From Thermodesulfobacteriota bacterium (GTDB taxonomy: Bacteria > Desulfobacterota_D > UBA1144 > Nemesobacterales > Mycalebacteriaceae): a stretch of DNA of 64,000 nucleotides. Shown here piece by piece: positions 29,872 to 38,956 of the stretch (position 1 is its first letter; every line of letters starts with the position of its first letter). The notes under the pieces are model-generated. The model was not told the origin of the DNA. It did no database searches and was given only the letters and a program-made list of their open reading frames with translations. The DNA lies in contig OZ245366.1 of NCBI GenBank assembly GCA_965226585.1, forward strand, positions 128,001 through 192,000. Direction: 5' to 3'. The translations under genes were made by a program, and so were the position numbers.

Positions 29872-30920
29872 AAAAACAACGCTTGAAGGCTGTTGATTTT
29901 TTTTGCGGGGCGGGCGGTATGTCTCAGGGCATGAAAATGGCGGGCATACAGGTTCTTGTGGGCATAGATATAGACAAAGAGTGTGAGCGGACATACAGGA
30001 AAAATCACCCTCAATCTCAATTTTTTCTAAAAGATATAATTAGGCTCCCAAGAACTTTTTTGGAAAAAAAATGTGGAATTAAACGCAATGATGACAGTTT
30101 GATTTTTATAGGGTGCAGTCCTTGCCAGTATTGGAGCATTCTGAATACAGACAGAAGAGCATCTCTGAAAACAAGAGGATTACTTGAAGAATTTTGGCGT
30201 TTTGTCAGTTACTATAACCCTGGTTACGTGGTAGTAGAGAATGTTCCAGGAATCAAAAGAAAAGAATCAGAAAGTTGGCTTGATGAGTTTCGCAACAAAC
30301 TTCAACAGAAAGGATATGAGATTGATGAGAATGTTATTAATGCAAAACATTACGGCGTACCGCAAAGCAGAAAAAGGTTCATTTTAATTGCCTCCAGAGT
30401 AAAAAAATCAATCACTTTCCCCAAGCCAGGCAAGGAGTCTGTTCTTAAAGACTTTATTGGTACTTACAACAGATTTCCTGTCCTTCAGTCTGGACACAGG
30501 GATGAAAATAATTTCATGGATACTGTTGCGGACTTGTCTGAAAAGAACTTAAAACGACTTAAACTCACACCAAAAAATGGTGGGACAAGGAAAGCATGGA
30601 AAGATGATCCCGAACTCCAAATAGAAGCTTATAAGGGCAAAGACGACTCTTTTAGAGATGTTTATGGGAGGTTGAGGTGGGACAAGCCCGCTTCAACAAT
30701 TACAACAAGGTTTAATGGAATTTCAAATGGTCGTTTCGCTCATCCCGATGAGGATAGGGGTTTGTCCCTTAGAGAGGGCGCGACTCTGCAAACATTTCCA
30801 CCGGACTATATTTTTGAGTGTGACAGTTCTAATGCTGTGTCAAAGTTGATAGGCAATGCCGTTCCCCCTCAACTTGCTTTCAGGCTCGGTAAATGTATTA
30901 GTGCAAATTCGGAGGAGTAA
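29868..30920 (+). CDS. DNA (cytosine-5)-methyltransferase
   Basis: Motif I DFFCGAGG, IV GCSPCQ, VI ENVPG, VIII QSRKR, IX-X REGATLQTFP / IGNAVPP. Confidence 0.96.
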   Translation: MKKQRLKAVDFFCGAGGMSQGMKMAGIQVLVGIDIDKECERTYRKNHPQSQFFLKDIIRLPRTFLEKKCGIKRNDDSLIFIGCSPCQYWSILNTDRRASLKTRGLLEEFWRFVSYYNPGYVVVENVPGIKRKESESWLDEFRNKLQQKGYEIDENVINAKHYGVPQSRKRFILIASRVKKSITFPKPGKESVLKDFIGTYNRFPVLQSGHRDENNFMDTVADLSEKNLKRLKLTPKNGGTRKAWKDDPELQIEAYKGKDDSFRDVYGRLRWDKPASTITTRFNGISNGRFAHPDEDRGLSLREGATLQTFPPDYIFECDSSNAVSKLIGNAVPPQLAFRLGKCISANSEE

Positions 30921-30923
30921 CTT

Positions 30924-32609
30924 ATGTCGGATCAAAAACCATTGACAATGACATTTGACCCTTTGGTCATTGAGCACCTTGGAGTCCGGATGTATTCAAC
31001 ACTTCCACCAGTTCTTAGTGAACTGATAGCCAATTCGTATGATGCGGACGCAACGGAAGTCAACATCGAACTGCACGATGAAGATAGTAACGATAAGAAA
31101 ATTATTGTTAGAGATAATGGAACTGGTATGTCCTTTAATGATATTGAGAGCAAATTTCTTGTTATAGGACGAAATTGCAGAGAACATGGTGAGACTACCA
31201 TAGGTGGACGCAAACCCATAGGTAAAAAGGGATTGGGAAAACTGTCTTTTTTTGGAATAGTACAAACAATTACTGTAGATACGGTCCGTGATAGGAAAAG
31301 AAATATTTTTAAAATGGATTGGGAAACGATAATGAATTCTGATGGTCAGTACAATGTTGATCATGTAGTGCAAAATGAATCCACAAAACTTAAGAACGGA
31401 ACAACCATCACCCTCGAAGACATAAAACGCAAAAGTGATTTTTCCAGCAGAGATATCGCTAACAGTATTTCAAGGTTTTTTATTTTCGATGAAAATTTTA
31501 CAGTTAAAATTAAACACAACAAAGAGCGTAAAATAACAGTAAAAAATCAAATGCGTTTCGACTCTCTGGATGAAGAATTTAAATGGAACATCCCCGAAGA
31601 CTTGGAAGATAAAAAATTGATTGGTTATCTGACAAAAAACCAAATCAGAGGAGAAGTAATCACCACGATAGGGCCAATAAGACCTAACACAAAGGTAAGA
31701 GGGGTTACTCTGTTTTCTCGAGGCAAACTTGTTCAAGCTCCCTACTATTTTTCTGAAAGCACATCAAGCCATTTTTTCTCCTATTTAACCGGATGGTTAG
31801 AAATCGATTTTATTGACGATATGTCAGAAGATGTAATTTCAACAAACAGGCAAAGCTTGAATTGGGAAAACTCTGAAATGAGCAAACTTCACTCTAAACT
31901 ACAAGATTGCATAGCTTTTATTGGAAGGGAATGGAGAAAGAAGCGCACTGAAAAAAAGGGGGCGAAGATTAAGGGGAAACTTCCGAAAGATTGGTATGGC
32001 TCAATACCTGATGAATTGATGGATAAAATAGAAGCTTTTTTCACAAATCTAGGAGGAGCTTTTTTCGACAAAGAAAATGATTTGGAAACAGCTCTTAATA
32101 ATTTTCTAGATATCATCCCAGCCTATCCCTATTATCATTGGAGAAATCTTCACAAAGAACTGACAGATTCACAATTTGATATGTACAGAAAGAGAGAGTA
32201 TCTTCGAGCAGCACAAGATGCAGTCAATATTTATGAAAAAGCAGTTAAACAAAAAAGTGGTTTAAGTAATACCGGAACCACTCTCTACAAGAAATCTTTT
32301 TGTTGGGAAGAACGGAATTTACAAATTAACAACCCTTTTCGGGACAATGAAGATAAGAAAAGCGTCCACAACGGACAAGCCAATTTGTCAAAAGGTCTAT
32401 CACAATCTTTCAGAAATATCATTGCTCACGGAAGGCGAGAAGAGTACAGCAAATTCTTTACTGATAAAAATTGCCTTGATATCCTCAGCTTGGTTTCTTT
32501 TCTTCTCCACCGCCTTGATGATGCAAAGAAAGTAGACAAGTGCAAAAAAACTGCCCAGAAGAAAAAAGTTGCGCGCAGAAACGCAAACTCACGGAGAAAA
32601 AAACGGTAA
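30924..32609 (+). CDS. MORC-type GHKL ATPase fused to a C-terminal TIGR02391 (Ymh, HEPN-like) domain
   Basis: LSELIANSYDADA, RDNGTGM, GKKGLGKLS, NGTTI; S5-like region (GWLEIDF...STNRQSL); helical C-terminal domain with FRNIIAHG. Confidence 0.85.
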   Translation: MSDQKPLTMTFDPLVIEHLGVRMYSTLPPVLSELIANSYDADATEVNIELHDEDSNDKKIIVRDNGTGMSFNDIESKFLVIGRNCREHGETTIGGRKPIGKKGLGKLSFFGIVQTITVDTVRDRKRNIFKMDWETIMNSDGQYNVDHVVQNESTKLKNGTTITLEDIKRKSDFSSRDIANSISRFFIFDENFTVKIKHNKERKITVKNQMRFDSLDEEFKWNIPEDLEDKKLIGYLTKNQIRGEVITTIGPIRPNTKVRGVTLFSRGKLVQAPYYFSESTSSHFFSYLTGWLEIDFIDDMSEDVISTNRQSLNWENSEMSKLHSKLQDCIAFIGREWRKKRTEKKGAKIKGKLPKDWYGSIPDELMDKIEAFFTNLGGAFFDKENDLETALNNFLDIIPAYPYYHWRNLHKELTDSQFDMYRKREYLRAAQDAVNIYEKAVKQKSGLSNTGTTLYKKSFCWEERNLQINNPFRDNEDKKSVHNGQANLSKGLSQSFRNIIAHGRREEYSKFFTDKNCLDILSLVSFLLHRLDDAKKVDKCKKTAQKKKVARRNANSRRKKR

Positions 32610-32630
32610 CTATTTGTAGAATTTCTGTAA

Positions 32631-33077
32631 ATGAAGAAGGCATACAAAGAAAGTAAATCACTATCCAAAGACCACTTAAGCGAAGAGCGTAGGTCTTGGA
32701 ATATGAGCCGCATCAAAGGCAAAAACACCTCATCTGAACTGAAAGTCCGCAAAGTGCTTCACGCTATGGGATACAGATTCCGCCTTCACAGAAAAGACCT
32801 TCCCGGAAAGCCCGACATCATAATTGGCAAATACAAAACAGTGATATTTGTTCATGGGTGCTTTTGGCATAGGCACAAAAACTGCAATTACTGCACCACA
32901 CCGACAGGAAACAGAGATTTCTGGTTGAAAAAGTTTGAAGGCAATGTTCTACGTGATAAAAAGAATCAGAAGAAACTGCGGGAGCTCGGATGGAAAGTTT
33001 TTGTTGTATGGCAATGCGAAACAATCAATCCTGAGAAAATAGAGAAAAAACTATCAGGCTTTATGCGTTCTATTTGA
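32631..33077 (+). CDS. vsr: Very short patch repair endonuclease
   Basis: MSRIKGKNTSSE, DLPGKPDI, FVHGCFWHRH, FWLKKFEGNVLRD and VWQC motifs. Confidence 0.97.
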   Translation: MKKAYKESKSLSKDHLSEERRSWNMSRIKGKNTSSELKVRKVLHAMGYRFRLHRKDLPGKPDIIIGKYKTVIFVHGCFWHRHKNCNYCTTPTGNRDFWLKKFEGNVLRDKKNQKKLRELGWKVFVVWQCETINPEKIEKKLSGFMRSI

Positions 33078-33125
33078 AAAACTATTTGCCAAACCTAGGG
33101 CACTCACCCTCAAACCGCCACCAAA

Positions 33126-33338
33126 TCACGCCCCAACTTCCACATAATCCGAATAGGCAAATGGTTCTGGTGCTTTCATTTTTTCGTCCGCAAGTCCTTC
33201 CAAGTGAAACTCAACGGATTCTTTCATGTTTTTCTCAACTTCTTTTTTTGTTCTGCCGGTTGCAATACATCCCTGTATGTCCGGTGAGTAAGCCGAGAAC
33301 CCTGTTTTTGTTTTCTCGTAAACGACTAAATACCTCAT
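33126..33338 (-). CDS. hicB: HicB-family antitoxin (no hicA seen)
   Basis: YLVVYEK...FSAYSPDIQGCIATGRTKKEVEKNMKESVEFHLEGL. Confidence 0.88.
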   Translation of the reverse strand: MRYLVVYEKTKTGFSAYSPDIQGCIATGRTKKEVEKNMKESVEFHLEGLADEKMKAPEPFAYSDYVEVGA

Positions 33339-33340
33339 CT

Positions 33341-36300
33341 TTACACCGCCTTCGCCAAATCCACCGAAACAACCGCTGAATTACTTGCCTTGCTTGCCGT
33401 TATGCCTATCAGGGCGTCAACATCTGAAATTGTTGTTCTGTTGTGCGTAACAACAAGCGTTTGAGAACTGCGGGAAATGTCTTTTATTAGCGCGGCAAAC
33501 CTGCCCGTGTTTGACTCATCAAGCGGGGCGTCTATCTCGTCAAGAATTATGAACGGAAGCGGACGCACAAGGCATGAGGAAATTATGAACGCTATCGCGG
33601 AAAGTGCCTTCTCTCCGCCGGAAAGTAAATTCATGTTCTGCGCCTTCTTCCCGCCCGGCTTTACCACTATGTCTATCCCCGTCTCAATCGGGTCATCCGG
33701 GTCTGTCATCACAAGCCGCCCTTCTCCGCCTTTGAAAAGCTTCGGAAGCAACTCGCGGAACTTTATATCCACCTCTTCAAACGCCTCAGCAAACTTATCC
33801 GCGCTCTCACGGTCAAGCTGTGATATGGACTTTTTAAGTGACGCCGCCGTCTTCTCAAGATCATCTATCTGCCCCTCAAGAAAACCATGCTCTTTTTCCG
33901 CTTCCTCATACTCATCAGGCGCGAGAAGATTGACAAGCCCGAAACCATCAATCCGCGCCCGGAGGGCTGTCAACTCTGAGTCCAAAACTTCAGTGTCCGC
34001 CGCCTCCACCTCTTCTGCAGGCGGCATCTGCGCGCCGTTTTTTTCGGCAACCTCTTTTATCTTGCCCGATATGTAATCCACGTTGTTCCGAATTGTCCGC
34101 AGGTTGACCTCAAGATCGCCGCACTTTGTTCTCGTCTCATCAAGCCGCTTGTCCAGCCCCTCAATCCGCTCGCGCATGGAGGCGGTTTTCTCTGCGGTCT
34201 CTGCGCGCCTGCCCCGTATCTCATCAACCCCTTTCCGCCGCTCCTCAAGTTCCCCGGTAAGCGTCTCTATCCTGCGCTGAGCCTCGCCCGATGACACCTC
34301 CATATCGCTTTTTTCTTTCGCCTTGCCTTGTATTTCAGATGAAATTTCCCCGGCGCGCCCGTCAATCTCTTTCTCCCTCAAACTCAAGTTTTCTATCTCG
34401 CCGAGCAGGTTTTCCCGCCTCTGCCGTAATGCCGCCGCCTCCATTCTCAACTCGCCCGCCTTCAACACAAGCGCGTTCTCCTTCTCCTCAATGCCGGAAC
34501 TCTTTTCCTCAAACTCACTGAGCCTCGCCCTGCGCTCATCGCGCTCGGAACGGAGCCGCTCAAGGTCGCGCCCGCACTGTTCTGACTGCTCTGTTTTCTG
34601 CTTCAACTCGCCGGAAACCTGCTCGCTCTGCGTCTCAAGTTCCAACAGTTTTGCCTCTTTGCCCTCAAGCGAAAAAGTGAACCCCTCAAGGTCGCTCTCA
34701 AGAGAACCCAGTTTCACCCGGTTGGTTTGCAGACTCTCGTCAAGAGACGCCACCTCAGACTTCAGTCCGCTTATGCGCGCCTCAAAACCGTCCGCCTTTT
34801 CAAGCAGGGCGGCTATCTCGCCTTCCAGTTTGCCCGCCTCTTTGCCAAGCCGCTCTATCTCGGATTTTCTCTCAAAAACACCGCCCTTTACAACACCGCC
34901 GGAAACCGCCCCGGAACTGTCAAGAAACTCGCCCGAAAGAGTCGCAAACGAAAGACCGGGCGCCTCGCGGGCGCATTCAAAAGCGTCTTCAAGAGTGTCA
35001 ACCACGCATATCCCGCGCAAAACTTTTTGCAGGGCTTCCTTTCCGCCGCCGCTTGTTTTTACTATGTCCGCAACCGCAACCGCGCGGGAGGGAATTTTTG
35101 AGCCTCCGCCTGATGAAGAACCGCCCGCGGGCATGAAGGTTGCCCTTCCCGCGCCCTTTTCCCGCAGTTTTTCTATCGCCCGCTCCGCATCTCCGCCCGT
35201 GCCCACAACTATCCACCCGAGCCGCTCACCGAGAGCCGCCTCAAACGCTTTTGAGTATTTGCCGGGAACGGAAACAAAATCTGACAAAACGCCCAGAACA
35301 CCATCCGTTTTGCCCTCAAGCAAAATGTCTCTCACAGATTCGGGAAGCCATTCAAAAGAGTTCTGTATGTTTTTCAACTCCTCCAGCCGCGAGGCGGCGC
35401 GGCTTCTTTTCTCTTTCAAAGACGATACGGCTTCAAGCAGTTTTTCATGCTCCCCGCTGGAAGAGTCAAGCCCTGCGGCAATGCCCTCTCTGCGTTTTGA
35501 AGTTTGCTCCTGCGCGGCTTTTATCTCCTCTATCCGGGAGGCAAACTGCTCGCGCCTTTCAGCCAGTTTGCTCTTTTCAGCGGAAAGCGCGCCCTTCTGT
35601 TCAAGCAGAAATCCGCTTCGCACCGAAAGCCGCTCCGCCTCCCCCGCAAGCCGCCTGTATTCCGCCTCCGCCCGGTCGCACTGCTCAACCGCCGCAAAAA
35701 AACCGTCCCGTATCTCTTCAATCCCGTCCCTGTCTGTCTGCGCTCCCGCGCGAAGGGCTTCAAGCTCTTTCTCGGCAACCTCAAGGTCTGTCGCGATGTC
35801 AGACTCTTTCATCTCCGCCTGTTCGCGCTCCGTTTGCGCCGCGCCTGCGCGTTTTCCTATCTCGGCGGTTTGCTGTGAGAGCGAAAGTTTTTCGTTTTCA
35901 AGGCGGGAGACAAGGGCGTCTATGTCTGCCCTTCTGCCCGCGAAAAGCTCTTTTGTTGCCGTCTCGCCGTTTATTTTCTCGCGCGCGGCAAGTATCTCTG
36001 AATCTGCGGATGAGACCGATTCCTCCAGTTGGCGCGACCGCCCTTCAAGTTCTCTCATCTCCGCCGAGGCGGCGTTTTTTTCTTCTTCTATGCCCCTTGC
36101 CGTCTGCTCAATGGCGGACTTCTCTTTGTCCAGTTCGCTCAGTTTGACGCCGGTTTCCGCCTTCCGGGCGGCAAGCATGAGGATCTCAAGCCGGGCGGCT
36201 TTTTCTGAAAGTTCGTTCAGTTTGCGCGCCTGCTCCGCCTGCCGTTTCAAACTGTCTCTGCGGCGGAGAGTGTCTTTGCTCAAGTCCCGTATTCTCGTCA

Positions 36301-36853
36301 AATTTTCTTCGGTCTGTTTGAGGCGGCTGTGCGTTTCCTTTCTTCTCGTCTTGTATCTGACAACACCCGCGACCTCTTCTATCAGACGCCTTTTTTCTTC
36401 CGGTTTCGCCATAACAAAACCTTCCACTTCCCCCTGCCCGATGATGGAATGGGAGCGCGCGCCGGAACCCGTGTCCATGAAGATGTCAACTATGTCTTTG
36501 AGGCGGCACACCGCGCCGTTTATGGAGTATTCGCTCTCGCCGCTGCGGAAATACCGGCGCGTTATGGATATGTCTTCAAAACCGCGTCCGGGCACTTCGG
36601 AGAGAACCATCGTAACCTCCGCCATACCAACCGGCTTGAGAGAGACCGTTCCGTCTGACACAAGGTCTTCCATCGCCGAGGCGCGGAGCATTCTGGGGTT
36701 CTGCTCGCCCGTAACCCACCGGACGGCGTCTATAACGTTTGACTTGCCGCACCCGTTGGGACCCACAACTGCGTTTGAGCCCTTGTGAAACTCAAGGCGC
36801 GTTTTTTTGTGAAACGACTTGAAGCCCGACAGTTCAAGAGACGATATTCTCAA
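33341..36853 (-). CDS. smc: Chromosome segregation protein SMC
   Basis: GFKSF, Walker A GPNGCGKSN, hinge GRATF, LSGGEKAL, ILDEIDAPLD; long coiled coils. Confidence 0.98.
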   Translation of the reverse strand: MRISSLELSGFKSFHKKTRLEFHKGSNAVVGPNGCGKSNVIDAVRWVTGEQNPRMLRASAMEDLVSDGTVSLKPVGMAEVTMVLSEVPGRGFEDISITRRYFRSGESEYSINGAVCRLKDIVDIFMDTGSGARSHSIIGQGEVEGFVMAKPEEKRRLIEEVAGVVRYKTRRKETHSRLKQTEENLTRIRDLSKDTLRRRDSLKRQAEQARKLNELSEKAARLEILMLAARKAETGVKLSELDKEKSAIEQTARGIEEEKNAASAEMRELEGRSRQLEESVSSADSEILAAREKINGETATKELFAGRRADIDALVSRLENEKLSLSQQTAEIGKRAGAAQTEREQAEMKESDIATDLEVAEKELEALRAGAQTDRDGIEEIRDGFFAAVEQCDRAEAEYRRLAGEAERLSVRSGFLLEQKGALSAEKSKLAERREQFASRIEEIKAAQEQTSKRREGIAAGLDSSSGEHEKLLEAVSSLKEKRSRAASRLEELKNIQNSFEWLPESVRDILLEGKTDGVLGVLSDFVSVPGKYSKAFEAALGERLGWIVVGTGGDAERAIEKLREKGAGRATFMPAGGSSSGGGSKIPSRAVAVADIVKTSGGGKEALQKVLRGICVVDTLEDAFECAREAPGLSFATLSGEFLDSSGAVSGGVVKGGVFERKSEIERLGKEAGKLEGEIAALLEKADGFEARISGLKSEVASLDESLQTNRVKLGSLESDLEGFTFSLEGKEAKLLELETQSEQVSGELKQKTEQSEQCGRDLERLRSERDERRARLSEFEEKSSGIEEKENALVLKAGELRMEAAALRQRRENLLGEIENLSLREKEIDGRAGEISSEIQGKAKEKSDMEVSSGEAQRRIETLTGELEERRKGVDEIRGRRAETAEKTASMRERIEGLDKRLDETRTKCGDLEVNLRTIRNNVDYISGKIKEVAEKNGAQMPPAEEVEAADTEVLDSELTALRARIDGFGLVNLLAPDEYEEAEKEHGFLEGQIDDLEKTAASLKKSISQLDRESADKFAEAFEEVDIKFRELLPKLFKGGEGRLVMTDPDDPIETGIDIVVKPGGKKAQNMNLLSGGEKALSAIAFIISSCLVRPLPFIILDEIDAPLDESNTGRFAALIKDISRSSQTLVVTHNRTTISDVDALIGITASKASNSAVVSVDLAKAV

Positions 36854-36872
36854 AATTTCCCCTCCCGTCCGC

Positions 36873-37853
36873 TCATCTGTTCATCTCCTCGCGGATTTCC
36901 TTTCCCAGACGCACTTTTGCCGAAGACTGAATCTCGCCCACCCATGCCGCATAGTTTTCCAGTTCCGCCCTGCCCGTGTTTGTTTTCGCTATCCGTATTT
37001 TTTCTCTGACGGTTGAGGGTTTTTCCGCCTTGCGCTCGAGAACAGCCGCAACCGCGTATCCGGCGGCGGATGAAAACATCGCCGCCCCGCCGCCCGGAGA
37101 CAGAGAGAAAACGCCGTAGCCCAGACGGGCGGGAATCTCAAAGCGCGAGAAAAACTCCGTCTTTTCCGTTTTCAGCCCGGACTGCTTCGCCGCAGAGCGT
37201 ATGCTTTCGCCCTCCCCAATGCTTTTGAGCGCGGCTTGCGCGGATGCCTCATCGTCAAATTCTATGTATTCGGCTTTGACCCTTTCGCCCGAAAATTCAA
37301 AAAGGTTTTTCAGTTCCGCGTCAGGGCGCACGGACGACACTTTTGAGAGAGATGCCATTTGGAGCGCGAGATAGTTGTCTTTCAACATATTCTCAAACTG
37401 CCCCGGAGACATGCCGAGCCCACGCCTGACCGCCTCTTTGTAATAGTCCACGCCGGCAAATTCGCCGTCAAGAAGAAACGCGGGATTTTCCGTAATGGCG
37501 CGGCGGATACTGCTTTCGGGAGCGCGGAGACCCATATCGCGGGCTTTTCCGGCAAGCAGTTTGCGCTCTATGAGAAACGCGAGGGCTACCCTGTCTATGG
37601 CGTCCTGAAGTTCTACGGAAACTCTGTCAAGATTCTGTGTCTGCGAGTCGTAGATACGCTTTCTTATTATCCGGTAGTAGGAAAGGGGAACGGGGTCGCC
37701 ATTGACGGTAACCGCGACACCGGCGGCGGGTCCGGTTCCGGGAATTCCGCCCGTGTACCCGAGACCCCCGATGAACGCGAGCGCGAGAATCACGGCAACG
37801 ACTCTTACGAGCCATGAACCCCAGTTTATATTTTCTTCAAGACTTGTGCCCAT
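36873..37853 (-). CDS. SurA N-terminal domain protein (short PpiD-like chaperone)
   Basis: N-terminal TM, VTVNGDP, LIERKLL..KARDMGL and IRRAITENPAF..DGEF motifs. Confidence 0.75.
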   Translation of the reverse strand: MGTSLEENINWGSWLVRVVAVILALAFIGGLGYTGGIPGTGPAAGVAVTVNGDPVPLSYYRIIRKRIYDSQTQNLDRVSVELQDAIDRVALAFLIERKLLAGKARDMGLRAPESSIRRAITENPAFLLDGEFAGVDYYKEAVRRGLGMSPGQFENMLKDNYLALQMASLSKVSSVRPDAELKNLFEFSGERVKAEYIEFDDEASAQAALKSIGEGESIRSAAKQSGLKTEKTEFFSRFEIPARLGYGVFSLSPGGGAAMFSSAAGYAVAAVLERKAEKPSTVREKIRIAKTNTGRAELENYAAWVGEIQSSAKVRLGKEIREEMNR

Positions 37854-37964
37854 AATTCAACCGCATCAAGCCCACTCATCAAGCCCAAACTCGCCCTTAT
37901 TTTACACTGAAAAAACGGCAAAAGTCCAAAGAATGGCGGGCTTTTTTTCGTATATACTCCTGCA

Positions 37965-38918
37965 ATGATAACCTCCCTCGGAGGCGGTGTGGGAGCGGGG
38001 AAGTTTCTCAAAGGGCTCTCATCTGCTGTGAGCCGCCGCGCAAACCCGCCGGAGAAACTGTCGGTGATAGTCAACAGCGCCGATGACATACGCCTTTTCG
38101 GACTCCGCATATCGCCCGACATAGACACGATTATCTACTGGCTTTCGGGCATGGTGGACAAGCGCAAGGGCTGGGGAATAGAGGGAGACAGCTTCAAATT
38201 CATAGAATCTGCGGGCGTTCTGGGAAAGGAAAACTGGTTCAACATCGGAGACAGAGACCTTGCCACCCACATCGTGAGAACGGAGATGATGGAAGGGGGA
38301 ATGCCGCTTTCGGGCGCGACCCGCGAAATCGCCCGTCTGCTGGGGGCGGATGAAAACGCAGACATTATGCCGATGACGGACGAAAGGGTTGAGACGTGGC
38401 TGAAAACGGATGAGGGCGAGATGCACTTTCAGGAATACTACATCCGCCGGAAGATGGAGCCGCGAGTTGAGGAGATAACTTTCAGGGGAATGGAAACCGC
38501 ACAGCCCGCCCCCGGAGTGATTGAGGCGATACGGGCGGCGGACACGGTTGTGTTCTGTCCGAGCAATCCCGTGATAAGCACAGGGCCCATACTTGAAGTG
38601 CCCGGAGTGAGAGATGAACTCTCGCGCTCGCGCGCCGTCAGGGCCGCGGTGAGTCCGCTTGTGGGGGGCAGAGCCCTGAAAGGGCCCGCAGACCGCCTTA
38701 TGAAACACAAGGGAATTGAAGCGTCATCGCTTGGGGTGGCGGAGATGTATTCGGATTTTATTGACCTTATGGTGATTGACCACGCAGACGCCGCCCTTGA
38801 GGGAAAAATCGCGGCTCTGGGAATGGAAACTCTTGTTACGGACACGGTCATGTCAAGCGCGGAAAAGTCGGACTCTTTAGCCCGCGCGGTGCTTGAAAAA
38901 GCGGATTCTCTCCGTTAA
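37965..38918 (+). CDS. cofD: 2-phospho-L-lactate transferase (coenzyme F420 biosynthesis)
   Basis: LGGGVGAGKF, ISPDIDT, WFNIGDRDLATH, MHFQEY, PSNPVIS and KGPA motifs. Confidence 0.95.
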   Translation: MITSLGGGVGAGKFLKGLSSAVSRRANPPEKLSVIVNSADDIRLFGLRISPDIDTIIYWLSGMVDKRKGWGIEGDSFKFIESAGVLGKENWFNIGDRDLATHIVRTEMMEGGMPLSGATREIARLLGADENADIMPMTDERVETWLKTDEGEMHFQEYYIRRKMEPRVEEITFRGMETAQPAPGVIEAIRAADTVVFCPSNPVISTGPILEVPGVRDELSRSRAVRAAVSPLVGGRALKGPADRLMKHKGIEASSLGVAEMYSDFIDLMVIDHADAALEGKIAALGMETLVTDTVMSSAEKSDSLARAVLEKADSLR

Positions 38919-38924
38919 TCTTCG

Positions 38925-38948
38925 TTGTCAGGCGCTTCCGCCTGACAA
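38925..38948. promoter_or_regulatory. Perfect inverted repeat with 10-bp arms (TTGTCAGGCG-cttc-CGCCTGACAA) just before the rrf2 RBS
   Basis: Read directly; ends 8 bp before ATG 38957. Confidence 0.6.
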
Positions 38949-38956
38949 GAGGTTAT

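Larger units (their letters stand above)
26353..33338. mobile_element. AT-richer genomic (defence) island between secA and smc; no integrase recognised
   Basis: Spot GC counts of 17/60 (30001-30060) and 21/60 (31321-31380) versus 37/60 in smc (34501-34560); cargo of Fic, MTase, Vsr and HicB. Confidence 0.7.

Noticed and set aside
26300..33340. Integrase, att sites or target-site duplication for the island
   Set aside because: No recombinase ORF, tRNA or flanking direct repeat was found by eye; borders are inferred from composition only.
34323..36788. 821-aa plus-strand ORF
   Set aside because: Ser/Ala-rich antisense shadow of the smc coiled coil.
37864..37887. Direct repeat CATCAAGCCCA x2 upstream of the SurA-like gene
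   Set aside because: Only two copies and no supporting context; could be a chance duplication.
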